Source: a virus
Lineage: Duplodnaviria; Heunggongvirae; Uroviricota; Caudoviricetes
Reading direction: 5' to 3' (one strand)
Length of the DNA: 64,000 nucleotides
IMG/VR virus record: IMGVR_UViG_3300033075_000957
Span: 1 to 64,000 of that record
Shown: positions 54,360-63,397 of the stretch, in pieces
How the letters are laid out: each line of letters opens with the position of its first letter
Numbering within the stretch: the first letter of the stretch is position 1
Translations under genes and position numbers: made by a program
The notes under the pieces: generated by a model
What the model saw: only the letters and a program-made list of their open reading frames with translations
The model's database searches: none
What the model was told of the DNA's origin: nothing

Positions 54360-55111
54360 TGACAACATTAATCATGCCAATGGCAGGACGCGGATCAAGA
54401 TTTGGAGAAGCTTACAGCCTTCCCAAGCCTCTCTTGCCAGTTGACGGTGGAATACCGATGGTTGTACGAGCTATTCAGGATTTACCTAATTGTGAACGTA
54501 AGATTTTCATCACTCAATGGGAACATGTTCTAAGATATGAAGCTGACCTTCGTCTTAGAAAATATTTTCCCGAAGCTTTGATTTTAGCACTTGGTTATAT
54601 AACTGATGGTCAAGCGACTACATGTAAATTAGGTATTCAGGAGTTTGACGTATCTGATGACGACCCTATAATGATCTCAGCCTGTGATCATGGTCAACTT
54701 TACGATTATGAGGCTTGGCTGGCGACGGAAGCGGATCAATCAATTGATGTTGCAGTCTGGTCTATCACTGGTCACCCAACAATGATTGCCAAGCCGGAGG
54801 CTTGGGGCTGGTTGCGTGCCGCAAACGGCAAAGTTACTGACGTACATTGCAAGTATCTTCCTTCAGACTTAGAGGCGGCAACTACGCCCGTGATAACGGG
54901 CACTATGTTTTTTAGGAAAGCGAAATATTTCCTAGACGGCTTGCGTCGGAACCGGAAACTAGGGTTCCGAACGAATGGGGAATTTTATGTAGATAACGTG
55001 TTAAATCGATGTATTGAAAACGGTCTTAATGTCTGCACGTTCTCCGTGCAGAAATATATTTGTTGGGGATTACCAGAAGATTATGAACAAAATAGAAACC
55101 AAATTGCGTAA
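54353..55111 (+). CDS. sugar-/polyol-phosphate nucleotidyltransferase (MobA/IspD/TarI-like NTP-transferase fold)
   Basis: N-terminus IMPMAGRGSRFGEAYSLPKPLLPVDGGIPMV matches the NTP_transferase signature (PMAGxGxRxxxxxPKxLLxV). Confidence 0.6.
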   Translation: MVMTTLIMPMAGRGSRFGEAYSLPKPLLPVDGGIPMVVRAIQDLPNCERKIFITQWEHVLRYEADLRLRKYFPEALILALGYITDGQATTCKLGIQEFDVSDDDPIMISACDHGQLYDYEAWLATEADQSIDVAVWSITGHPTMIAKPEAWGWLRAANGKVTDVHCKYLPSDLEAATTPVITGTMFFRKAKYFLDGLRRNRKLGFRTNGEFYVDNVLNRCIENGLNVCTFSVQKYICWGLPEDYEQNRNQIA

Positions 55112-55388
55112 TAAAGGATGGGGTAATACACGAATTGATAAAATATCTTGCCCGTCTTGGCCCGAAAAACATTATCGTGTATCTATGTGGGATTTAAACC
55201 GTCCGGTTATTTTTTCTCTCGACGGAGATGCTATAGGCTTTGAATATGCCGATGGCGATGGTCAAACAATTAGTCAGGCTTTTAAGAACTTAAAAAGAAA
55301 TATTGAAAAAGGTTATAGTCGATATTTTCCGGGATCATATAATAATCCTGTAGAAAAAGATTATAAAGCTTGGAAAAGGTCTAAATAA
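55083..55388 (+). CDS. hypothetical protein
   Basis: Internal ATG (MNKIETKLRN..) of ORF 55014..55388. Confidence 0.35.
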   Translation: MNKIETKLRNKGWGNTRIDKISCPSWPEKHYRVSMWDLNRPVIFSLDGDAIGFEYADGDGQTISQAFKNLKRNIEKGYSRYFPGSYNNPVEKDYKAWKRSK

Positions 55389-55513
55389 AATGAATCGAAA
55401 ACATTCTATCCAAATATTAAAAATCGCATTGCCATCGGTGTAGAAACTTTATTAGATAAAATTATCTGGTTTGGATCAGGTCTTTTACTTGGCTTTATGT
55501 TCTGGAAGGTCTT

Positions 55514-56017
55514 ATGCTATTTATTTCACATCGTGGTAACCTAAACGGTCCTCTCCCTGAAAGGGAGAATTCGCCTGATTACATCGATGAGGCAATAGCC
55601 GCAGGATTTCATGTAGAAATCGATGTTCACGTAGTGAATAAAGAAATTTTTTTAGGACACAAAGATTTGACTTACAAAGTAAGTCAAGAGTGGTTAGAAA
55701 AACGTTCTGACAAATTACTTCTACATCTTAAAAATATAGAAGCTGTTTCTTTGTTTTCCAGAACATACTGTGGATGGCATTATTTTTGTAATGAAAAAGA
55801 CGAATTTTCTCTAACAAGTCGTGGATATATTTTATATTGGTCACATAATGTTAAAAAAGATATAGTGAATAAATATTGTCTTTTACCTTTTATCGAAAAA
55901 GAAACTCTTTGGAAATATTCGCATCTAATATCTTCTGCTGGCGGTGTTATTTCAGATTATGCAAAATCATTAAAGGAACTTCATGATATTTCCTCTCGTT
56001 TTAATATGTCATCGTAA
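55514..56017 (+). CDS. glycerophosphodiester phosphodiesterase (GDPD)-like protein, short form (paralog 1)
   Basis: ISHRGNLNGPLPERENSPDYIDEAIAAGFHVEIDVHVV..LGHKD matches the GDPD N-terminal catalytic motif (HRG..ENT...A...GAD.IE.DV..T.DG..VV.HD). Confidence 0.5.
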   Translation: MLFISHRGNLNGPLPERENSPDYIDEAIAAGFHVEIDVHVVNKEIFLGHKDLTYKVSQEWLEKRSDKLLLHLKNIEAVSLFSRTYCGWHYFCNEKDEFSLTSRGYILYWSHNVKKDIVNKYCLLPFIEKETLWKYSHLISSAGGVISDYAKSLKELHDISSRFNMSS

Positions 56018-56537
56018 TCGTCAAGAATCATACTGGCGGAATGAACTTGATTGGAGCCTTGACTTTCGTTTAAGAATTCATATCGTTTCTGATGAAAAAG
56101 AACTTATTGATTATATTAATGAATTTGAAACATATCATATAAATGAAATAATAAAATTACAAGAGACTTGGACTAATTTGGAAACAGATTTTCCTGGTTA
56201 TTACGCTTTATCACTGACGAATGGATATCAGGATTTTTGTTCTTTTTGTATCGATGATATCGATGATCAAATTTTGGACAAAAATTGTCTATCGGATAAT
56301 CTAAACGAAAATTTAGAAGAATATCAGACAAATTGGTTACCTATCAAAGTTAGAATAAATAAGTTTTTATCTCAATCTAAATCTTTAATAGAACAAAAAG
56401 TAAAAGCCAATATAATTGCTAAAGAACAAAAAAAATTGGTACAACAAAAACAAAATGAAGAAAAACGCGAGCAGGCTGAAAGATTAGAATATCAAAGATT
56501 AAAGGCAAAATATGATTCTGATATCTCATCGCGGTAA
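55983..56537 (+). CDS. hypothetical protein with C-terminal K/E/Q-rich coiled coil
   Basis: Overlaps both GDPD paralogs at its ends. Confidence 0.4.
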   Translation: MIFPLVLICHRNRQESYWRNELDWSLDFRLRIHIVSDEKELIDYINEFETYHINEIIKLQETWTNLETDFPGYYALSLTNGYQDFCSFCIDDIDDQILDKNCLSDNLNENLEEYQTNWLPIKVRINKFLSQSKSLIEQKVKANIIAKEQKKLVQQKQNEEKREQAERLEYQRLKAKYDSDISSR

Positions 56538-56988
56538 TTTGTCGGGTCCAGACCCAACAAAAGAAAATTCTCCCTCCTATATCTTGGCTGCAATAGCAGC
56601 CAATTATGATGTGGAAATTGATCTTAGAATGTTAGATGGCAAACTATATCTAGGACACGATAGAGCAGATTATCAAGTAGTGTTCGATTGGCTTTTATCG
56701 CTACGCGATAAATTATGGATACATTGTAAAAACTACGAGGCTATCAAATTTATGTCTGAATGTCAGATATTCAGATGGTTCTGTCATCAAAATGACATGG
56801 CTGGTATAGTAATGGACGGATATTTCTCGGGCTATTTATGGTATTCCGATCTTTCAAGTCTTCCGCACCCGAAATGTATCATTCCTCTACTGTCCCGAGA
56901 ACAGGTGGATGCTTATCCAAAAGAATTTCTAGCCGCTTGCGGCGGCGTATGTTCTGACTATATAGAAGAATTAAGAAATAATCTATGA
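56512..56988 (+). CDS. GDPD-like protein, short form (paralog 2)
   Basis: ISHRGNLSGPDPTKENSPSYILAAIAANYDVEIDLRMLDGKLYLGHDR. Confidence 0.5.
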   Translation: MILISHRGNLSGPDPTKENSPSYILAAIAANYDVEIDLRMLDGKLYLGHDRADYQVVFDWLLSLRDKLWIHCKNYEAIKFMSECQIFRWFCHQNDMAGIVMDGYFSGYLWYSDLSSLPHPKCIIPLLSREQVDAYPKEFLAACGGVCSDYIEELRNNL

Positions 56989-57791
56989 AATTTGAACATA
57001 AAAATAATAGAGTGAATTCCACAAATCTTCGAAAAATGACTTTAATTGAAGAATATCAGCATATTTCCAATCATTTAGGATTATCTGGATATTTGAACGG
57101 TACAGGAGGCAACTGCTCTGTCAAGTCAAATGACGAAATCATAATATCGGCTTCTGGCGAGGGAATAGGAGGCACTCCCTGTCTCTGTAGATTAGAATCT
57201 CTTGCTGACGTAAAAACTGAGAAAGAATACTTCGCTAAAGGGAAAACTCTCGTCATCGAACCCAATGGTCTACGTCCTTCGATGGAATATGGTTTTCACT
57301 TTTTGCTTCCACAAAAATATGTCGTACATTTACATATACCAGCATTAAATGTTATCTTATGTTCACAAGAATCTTTTCAAATCATTATAGATTTATTCGA
57401 TAATATAACTACTTTTTATTATCAATCCTACATTACTCCGGGTTTTGATTTATTTAGAAATTTTTATAATAAAACTTATATTGATCAACGAAAAATATAT
57501 TTTTTAGAAAATCATGGATTAATAGTTACTAGCAACAATGTTACAGAAATATTTGATAAATTATTTTTGATTAATAGCACAATCACCAGTTGGATGAATA
57601 GACCACTTTATCCTGATGCCGCGATTCTTCCAGAAAAGAATATTGCGGAAAATAAAGAAATTTTAAGAAAAATGATAAATCTCGGATTGACGCCTAATTT
57701 TCTTTCAGAAAATCAGATTCAAGAATTAAAAAATTTAGAGTACGAAAAATATCGCTCAGGCCGCGTGGCCGGGAACGATACGGAAAGGTGA
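56985..57791 (+). CDS. class II aldolase/adducin-fold protein (AraD / fuculose-phosphate aldolase-like)
   Basis: LSGYLNGTGGNCSVKS..IIISASGEG and VVHLHIPALNVILCS resemble the N-terminal and metal-binding His motifs. Confidence 0.4.
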   Translation: MKFEHKNNRVNSTNLRKMTLIEEYQHISNHLGLSGYLNGTGGNCSVKSNDEIIISASGEGIGGTPCLCRLESLADVKTEKEYFAKGKTLVIEPNGLRPSMEYGFHFLLPQKYVVHLHIPALNVILCSQESFQIIIDLFDNITTFYYQSYITPGFDLFRNFYNKTYIDQRKIYFLENHGLIVTSNNVTEIFDKLFLINSTITSWMNRPLYPDAAILPEKNIAENKEILRKMINLGLTPNFLSENQIQELKNLEYEKYRSGRVAGNDTER

Positions 57792-58042
57792 ATATGAAAA
57801 TAGAAATTGATTACAATATGAGAGATGTTGCTAGATGGGCGTTTATATCCTATATAATAATTGCAGCAATTGCTGCGATTTGTTTTATTAGCGATGGATA
57901 TCGCACTGAACGTAAATACGCTTTAGAACACGGTTTAATTCCACAAACTACAGTGATCCATCGACAGCCAATGCTGATGGACGAATACACGAAATCAAAT
58001 ACTATTGGTGATTTTAAACCAAATGATTGGTTAACTAAATAA
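57788..58042 (+). CDS. membrane protein
   Basis: One TM helix. Confidence 0.4.
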   Translation: MNMKIEIDYNMRDVARWAFISYIIIAAIAAICFISDGYRTERKYALEHGLIPQTTVIHRQPMLMDEYTKSNTIGDFKPNDWLTK

Positions 58043-58044
58043 CT

Positions 58045-58368
58045 ATGCAGATAGATGTAAATCGTATATTTTCTAGCTTTTTACTTTTAACGATTCTTTC
58101 AATTTTAATTGAGCGTGCTCTTTCCTTATTTTTTGAACATCAGGCAATTTCTTGTGTTATTCGAGGAAAAGGATTAAAAGAACTTATCGCTTTAGCGGTC
58201 AGTTGGTCTGTTTGTTATTATTGGAAAATTGATACAATTTCTAGTATTTTGAATGACGAATCTCAAAATTTAGGAATCTTTCTGACAGCAGCAACAATAG
58301 CTGGTGGTAGTAAGGCAAGTATCGTGCTATTTCAAGATGTTATTGGAGCGACAAAAAGGAATGTGTAA
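58045..58368 (+). CDS. membrane protein
   Basis: Hydrophobic helices. Confidence 0.4.
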   Translation: MQIDVNRIFSSFLLLTILSILIERALSLFFEHQAISCVIRGKGLKELIALAVSWSVCYYWKIDTISSILNDESQNLGIFLTAATIAGGSKASIVLFQDVIGATKRNV

Positions 58369-58574
58369 TGAGTAAAGAACCTAAAAGCGGTGTAATAATT
58401 TACACTTCACGGAGTGGTCAACAGTATCCGTCATTTTTTGACGAAAAAAATGATTACGATTTGGCCGAATCTCCGTCTGGAGATTTTAGGATTATTGAAA
58501 TAAATAATTATACTACATCGGCATTCTATGCGTGTGATGTTAAAGAAATAGTAAAGGCAATTGTGAATGAGTGA
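58368..58574 (+). CDS. hypothetical protein
   Basis: ORF 68 aa. Confidence 0.4.
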   Translation: MSKEPKSGVIIYTSRSGQQYPSFFDEKNDYDLAESPSGDFRIIEINNYTTSAFYACDVKEIVKAIVNE

Positions 58575-59172
58575 AACAAATATTTTATCTTGGACTAAAT
58601 GCCCTTTTGCAATTATTAAAGGCGTTGAAGTAGAATCCTCGCTACTGGCTGCGTATACGCACGCGAGCGTTCACAGCCCCGATCCGTCTACTCAATTAGG
58701 AGCCGTACTTGCTGCTCGCCGTGGTGATAAAACATTTACTATGGTAGGCAACAATGGTCCAAGTCGCGGTATACAATTGTCTGACGAGTTGCTAAACAAT
58801 AGAAATCTTAAACTCACCGCTTTTGTTCATGCTGAACAAGCCGCGATTTTATCGGCAGCATCAGCGGGATTTCAATGCCGTGGAGCAACACTGTTCGTAC
58901 CGTGGTACGCCTGCATTGATTGTGCAAAAAATATTGTCGGTGCAGGAATTATTCGTGTTGTAGGCCATAAGCAAATGATGGAAAAGACGCCTGAACACTG
59001 GCGAGCGTCCATTAATGCGGGTCTATCAATCCTGACTATAGCTGGCGTTGAATGTTGTTTATTTGATGGTCCCGTTGGACCATCGGGAGATGATGGGGTA
59101 ACTGTTAGATTTAACGGGGAAACATGGAAGCCGGGTGAAATCTTGGAGATTGTTAATGGAAATAACGGGTAG
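58567..59172 (+). CDS. dCMP deaminase (CDA family)
   Basis: HAEQAAILSAA .. VPWYACIDCAKNIVGAGIIRVV is the HAE...PCxxC zinc motif. Confidence 0.65.
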   Translation: MSETNILSWTKCPFAIIKGVEVESSLLAAYTHASVHSPDPSTQLGAVLAARRGDKTFTMVGNNGPSRGIQLSDELLNNRNLKLTAFVHAEQAAILSAASAGFQCRGATLFVPWYACIDCAKNIVGAGIIRVVGHKQMMEKTPEHWRASINAGLSILTIAGVECCLFDGPVGPSGDDGVTVRFNGETWKPGEILEIVNGNNG

Positions 59173-59428
59173 AGAAGCCATAGATATTATCGATCATAAT
59201 CATCAACGATTTGATACTATTCAAAACGAATTGGTGGACGTTGACGACCATGGCGACTCAACACGCGAAATAATTTTTGAAGACGAAAATGGCTTATATT
59301 TTCGTTTCGATTATATTCAGCAAAAAGAATGGGGAATGATGATCGAAAATGACGATGTAATTGAATGCGAACAGGTTAGAAAAGTAATCAAACAAATAAC
59401 AGTCTATGAATCCATCAATACAAAATGA
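59135..59428 (+). CDS. hypothetical protein
   Basis: ORF 97 aa overlapping the deaminase 3' end. Confidence 0.35.
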   Translation: MKSWRLLMEITGREAIDIIDHNHQRFDTIQNELVDVDDHGDSTREIIFEDENGLYFRFDYIQQKEWGMMIENDDVIECEQVRKVIKQITVYESINTK

Positions 59429-59566
59429 TTTACACGAAATTTCTACCGCTGTAAAAATGGCACAGAAATATAATTTAGTTTTAGAAGTATTATTGAGTAG
59501 TATGAAATATTTGCAAGAACATCCTCACGCATCAATCAAAGACGCTACTGATTATGGCATTAATGA

Positions 59567-59983
59567 ATGGTTAAAATAATGAAAATTCTTTTTTTAGATG
59601 ACGAAAAATATCGGCATAATGAGTTTGCTCAAAATGCTATTGGAGCTACGGTTACACATGTCTATTCAGCCGACGAAGCGATACGCGAATTACAGACCAA
59701 TGAGTACAGTTTAGTCTTTCTCGATCATGATTTGGAACCAGCACATTATCGCGAACGCAAACCAGAAGATAAAGATGGTCAATATATAGCCGATAAAATC
59801 GTTGAACTTGATATTGAGTTGCCCTTTATCGTTATTCATTCGCTTAACCCATTAGGGGCTGCCAAAATGTTGGAGAAACTCGGTACTCTATATCGTAGCC
59901 GAGCTATATACGTCCCAATGGGATGGAAATTCTTTGCGGTTACTCAGAACGGGTGGTCTTTTAACTATAATTTTCCTGATTAA
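59567..59983 (+). CDS. stand-alone response-regulator receiver (REC/CheY-like) domain protein
   Basis: KILFLDDE .. SADEAIREL .. YSLVFLDHDL .. matches the receiver-domain pattern (D-D pocket, conserved Asp in LVFLDHDL, Ser/Thr and Lys positions plausible). Confidence 0.5.
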   Translation: MVKIMKILFLDDEKYRHNEFAQNAIGATVTHVYSADEAIRELQTNEYSLVFLDHDLEPAHYRERKPEDKDGQYIADKIVELDIELPFIVIHSLNPLGAAKMLEKLGTLYRSRAIYVPMGWKFFAVTQNGWSFNYNFPD

Positions 59984-60051
59984 AAACGACTACAATGTCA
60001 TAAAACAAATCGTGACTAGGGTATAATGACTCTACCAAAAGAAAGATTGTC

Positions 60052-62985
60052 ATGACTACATTTATCGACCATAACGAAATTTTAAGTCCAGAGTTTTTGC
60101 AGAAATATGTTGGCAAGCACCCAAAATGGGGTTTTAACGGATTAGGATATATAGTATATAAAAGAACTTATGCCAGATGGATTCCAGAACTTAAGCGGAC
60201 TGAAGAATGGTGGGAAACCGTCGCTAGATGCATTCGCGGTGCTCAAAAAATTGGGGCAGGATATACGGTACAGGAAGCAGAGCGTTTATACGATCATGTT
60301 TTTAATCTGCGTTGTAATTTTGCCGGGCGTATGTTATGGCAATTGGGAACAGAAACTGTTGATAAGATAGGACTTCCGAGTCTTTGCAATTGCTGGAATG
60401 TTAACATCAATTCTTTAGAATCATTTTGTTTTATCTTCGAGCATCTTATGCTCGGTGGCGGGGTGGGCTTCAGTGTAAAAAAGGAACATGTCCACGAATT
60501 ACCAAAGGTTAAAGACGGCGTAGTCATCAAACATCTGGCCACTAAAGACGCTGATTTTATAGTCCCTGATTCCCGTGAAGGATGGGTAGAATTACTACGC
60601 AAAATACTTAATGCTTATTTTGTAACCGGAAAAGGCTTTACTTACTCTACGATTTTAATTCGTGGAGCCGGAGAAAAGATTAATGGATTCGGCGGTACGG
60701 CCAGTGGTCCACAAATTTTAATTGATGGACTAAATAATATTTTTGGCGTGATCTCAAAGCGTGTTGGTAAGAAATTAAGAAGTATTGACGCATTAGATAT
60801 CGCTAATATTCTAGGCAGTATCGTAGTTGCCGGAAACGTTAGAAGAAGTGCTCAGTTAGCTCTTGGCGATGCGGATGATAAATTATTTCTTAATGCTAAA
60901 CGCTGGGACTTAGGTAATATTCCTAACTGGCGTGCTATGTCAAATAATACTGTAAGTGCAGATGATTTCACTTATCTTAGCAATGATTTTTGGCGTGGAT
61001 ATGAGGGCGACGGAGAGCCTTATGGTTTAGCAAATATTGATTTATGTCGAAAGTTTGGCCGTTTAATCGACGGGCCTATGTCTAAATGTTCTTTGTATCC
61101 ACAAAGAGAAGATAAGGTAGAAGGTTTAAATCCTTGCCAACCAAAATGGGCGTTTGTTTTAACTAAAAACGGTATTAGACAATTTGGCAAGCTACAGATT
61201 GGAGACGAAATTTGGTCTTCAGAAGGTTGGACGAAAGTTGTAAAGAAATGGTCCACCGGTATTAAAAATGTGTATAAATACACAACTACAGCAGGTATTT
61301 TTTATGGAACAGAAAACCATAGAGTACTTAGTGACAACAAAAAAATCGAAGTACAAGAAGCGGAATCTATCGACATTCTTCGAGGAGGATTATCAACAGA
61401 AGACGATCTGCTACCACAAGACATCATGGATGGACTAGTTATTGGCGATGGTATGGTGCATAAAGCATCCAATAATTTAGTTCTTTTATGTATTGGACAA
61501 GATGATCAGGATTATTTTCAGAGCGAAATTACACCGCTGATACTTATCGATCGCTTTGGTATAAGCGACAATGCTTATGAAATACAAACCACAATTAAAT
61601 CAGAAGAACTTGCTAGAACTTTTGATCGAACAATCCCTGATCGTTTTGTAACTGGATCGGCGAAAACAATTCAAGGATTTTTAAGAGGGCTATATTCTGC
61701 CAACGGTTCGGTTTGCGGCAATCGTATTACATTAAAAGCAACTTCGCTTGCCCTGATCGAACAGGTACAAGTGATGCTTAGTGCTATTGGAATCAAATCT
61801 TATTATACCACAAACAAATCGTCATTGGTAACATTTGAAAACGGCGAATATCTTTGTAAACAAAGTTATGATTTAAACATTACTATTGATCGCCATCAGT
61901 TTGTTAAAAAAATTGGATTTATTCAATCTTATAAGAACGATAAAATTCGGAGTTCCAATCCAGTTCAAAATGAAAAAGTATCCTACGATATTAAATCTGT
62001 TGAACTGGTATCTCGCGAAGAAGTTTTTGATATTACTGTTGACAATCTTTCGCACACCTATTGGACTCATGGATGTAACGTGTCTAATTGTGCCGAAGCC
62101 ACGCTTGAACACGGTGAACCGTGTGATCTAGCTGAACAATATCTTCACAATCTTTCTTCACAGGAAGAATTTAATGATTGTGCAATGTTGCTATATAAAA
62201 CGCAAAAAGCTATCTTACGTTTAGATTCTATCTCCGATTGGACTAACGCAGTAGTGAAGCGAAACATGCGTGTTGGTCTTGGCGTAACTGGTGTTTGTGA
62301 AGATATCAAAAAGATTGTATGGTTAGATGATGGATATCGCTCACTTCGAGCGATAGATAAAGAGTGGTCTAAGAAACGTGGCTGGCCTGAAAGTATAAAG
62401 CTAACGGTTGTCAAGCCGTCAGGCACGTTAAGTTTGCTCGCCGGATGCACTCCCGGATGCCATCCCGCTTACGATAAATACTATATCCGTAGAGTACGGA
62501 TGGCCTCTTCTGATTCATTAGTTAATACTTGTCGTAATTTAGGTTGTAAAATTGAATATCAGATCGGTTTTGATGGAAAAGAACAGCACGACACTGTGGT
62601 TGTAGAATTTCCTTGCAAAGCCTCAGATAACGCAATTATTGCCAAAGATATGACTGCGGTAGAACAATTAGAAATTATGAAGACTTTACAGTCAGTTTGG
62701 GCCGATCAGGCTGTATCGGTAACAGTTTATTATCGTAAAGAAGAATTGCCAGCAATTAAATTATGGCTTGAAGAAAACTATGAAACATCGGTTAAAAGTG
62801 TAAGTTTCTTACTTCATAACGACCACGGATTCCGGCAGGCCCCGTATGAATCTATTACTAAAGAAAAATATGAAGAACTTATTAAGAATATGAAACCTTT
62901 AAATTCGTTGATAACTAATAATGATATTGGTGGCGAATTAGTAGAGGGTGTAGAATGCGTTAATGGAGCATGTCCCATTAGATAA
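60052..62985 (+). CDS. ribonucleotide reductase catalytic subunit (class II-like) carrying an intein
   Basis: 977 aa; MLGGGVGFS glycine-rich motif; active-site NPC|AE split by the intein (GLNP-[intein]-CAEATLE); C-terminal CVNGAC redox pair. Confidence 0.65.
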   Translation: MTTFIDHNEILSPEFLQKYVGKHPKWGFNGLGYIVYKRTYARWIPELKRTEEWWETVARCIRGAQKIGAGYTVQEAERLYDHVFNLRCNFAGRMLWQLGTETVDKIGLPSLCNCWNVNINSLESFCFIFEHLMLGGGVGFSVKKEHVHELPKVKDGVVIKHLATKDADFIVPDSREGWVELLRKILNAYFVTGKGFTYSTILIRGAGEKINGFGGTASGPQILIDGLNNIFGVISKRVGKKLRSIDALDIANILGSIVVAGNVRRSAQLALGDADDKLFLNAKRWDLGNIPNWRAMSNNTVSADDFTYLSNDFWRGYEGDGEPYGLANIDLCRKFGRLIDGPMSKCSLYPQREDKVEGLNPCQPKWAFVLTKNGIRQFGKLQIGDEIWSSEGWTKVVKKWSTGIKNVYKYTTTAGIFYGTENHRVLSDNKKIEVQEAESIDILRGGLSTEDDLLPQDIMDGLVIGDGMVHKASNNLVLLCIGQDDQDYFQSEITPLILIDRFGISDNAYEIQTTIKSEELARTFDRTIPDRFVTGSAKTIQGFLRGLYSANGSVCGNRITLKATSLALIEQVQVMLSAIGIKSYYTTNKSSLVTFENGEYLCKQSYDLNITIDRHQFVKKIGFIQSYKNDKIRSSNPVQNEKVSYDIKSVELVSREEVFDITVDNLSHTYWTHGCNVSNCAEATLEHGEPCDLAEQYLHNLSSQEEFNDCAMLLYKTQKAILRLDSISDWTNAVVKRNMRVGLGVTGVCEDIKKIVWLDDGYRSLRAIDKEWSKKRGWPESIKLTVVKPSGTLSLLAGCTPGCHPAYDKYYIRRVRMASSDSLVNTCRNLGCKIEYQIGFDGKEQHDTVVVEFPCKASDNAIIAKDMTAVEQLEIMKTLQSVWADQAVSVTVYYRKEELPAIKLWLEENYETSVKSVSFLLHNDHGFRQAPYESITKEKYEELIKNMKPLNSLITNNDIGGELVEGVECVNGACPIR
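61135..62088 (+). mobile_element. intein (318 aa) with LAGLIDADG homing-endonuclease domain, inserted before the catalytic Cys of the RNR NPCxE motif
   Basis: Begins CQPKWAFVLTKNG (block A), TENHRVL (block B), LAGLIDADG motifs GLVIGDGMVH and GFLRGLYSANGSV, ends ..CNVSN followed by the extein Cys. Confidence 0.55.
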
Positions 62986-63151
62986 AGGAGATTTTATGAA
63001 AAACATTTATATTGATAACGGTTATGTTTACGAGCAATTGGCAGAAATTCGTGAAGATGGTGTCAGTGCGGTATGTATTGGATGGCTTAAAGATAATCAA
63101 CTAATTCTAGTTAATCCGGACCATAGAATGGTAAATATTACAAATACATAA
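62963..63151 (+). CDS. hypothetical protein
   Basis: ORF 62 aa. Confidence 0.35.
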   Translation: MEHVPLDKGDFMKNIYIDNGYVYEQLAEIREDGVSAVCIGWLKDNQLILVNPDHRMVNITNT

Positions 63152-63160
63152 GGAATCGTT

Positions 63161-63349
63161 ATGTCAGAAGCGAATACTACGGAAGAAGCGTTAATCGCAC
63201 AGCCCAAAGATCCGTGTGCAGCAGCGGTAACCGCCGTGCGTTTAGCACAAGAGTCATTAACAGCCGCCCAAGCCGTTCTTGCCCTTTGTAGGGCAACTAA
63301 TCCACCAAAATCCTCTACACCAGCCGGTTCAAATCAGGCAGAGGCGTAA
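63161..63349 (+). CDS. hypothetical Ala-rich protein
   Basis: AGGAATCGTT RBS. Confidence 0.4.
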   Translation: MSEANTTEEALIAQPKDPCAAAVTAVRLAQESLTAAQAVLALCRATNPPKSSTPAGSNQAEA

Positions 63350-63381
63350 AATTGCTCTTAATTTGAAGAATTTTACAAATT

Positions 63382-63391
63382 TAGTGTATAT
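63382..63391 (+). promoter_or_regulatory. TAGTGTATAT promoter-like motif
   Basis: Upstream of the ATG at 63398. Confidence 0.35.
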
Positions 63392-63397
63392 GGCTAT

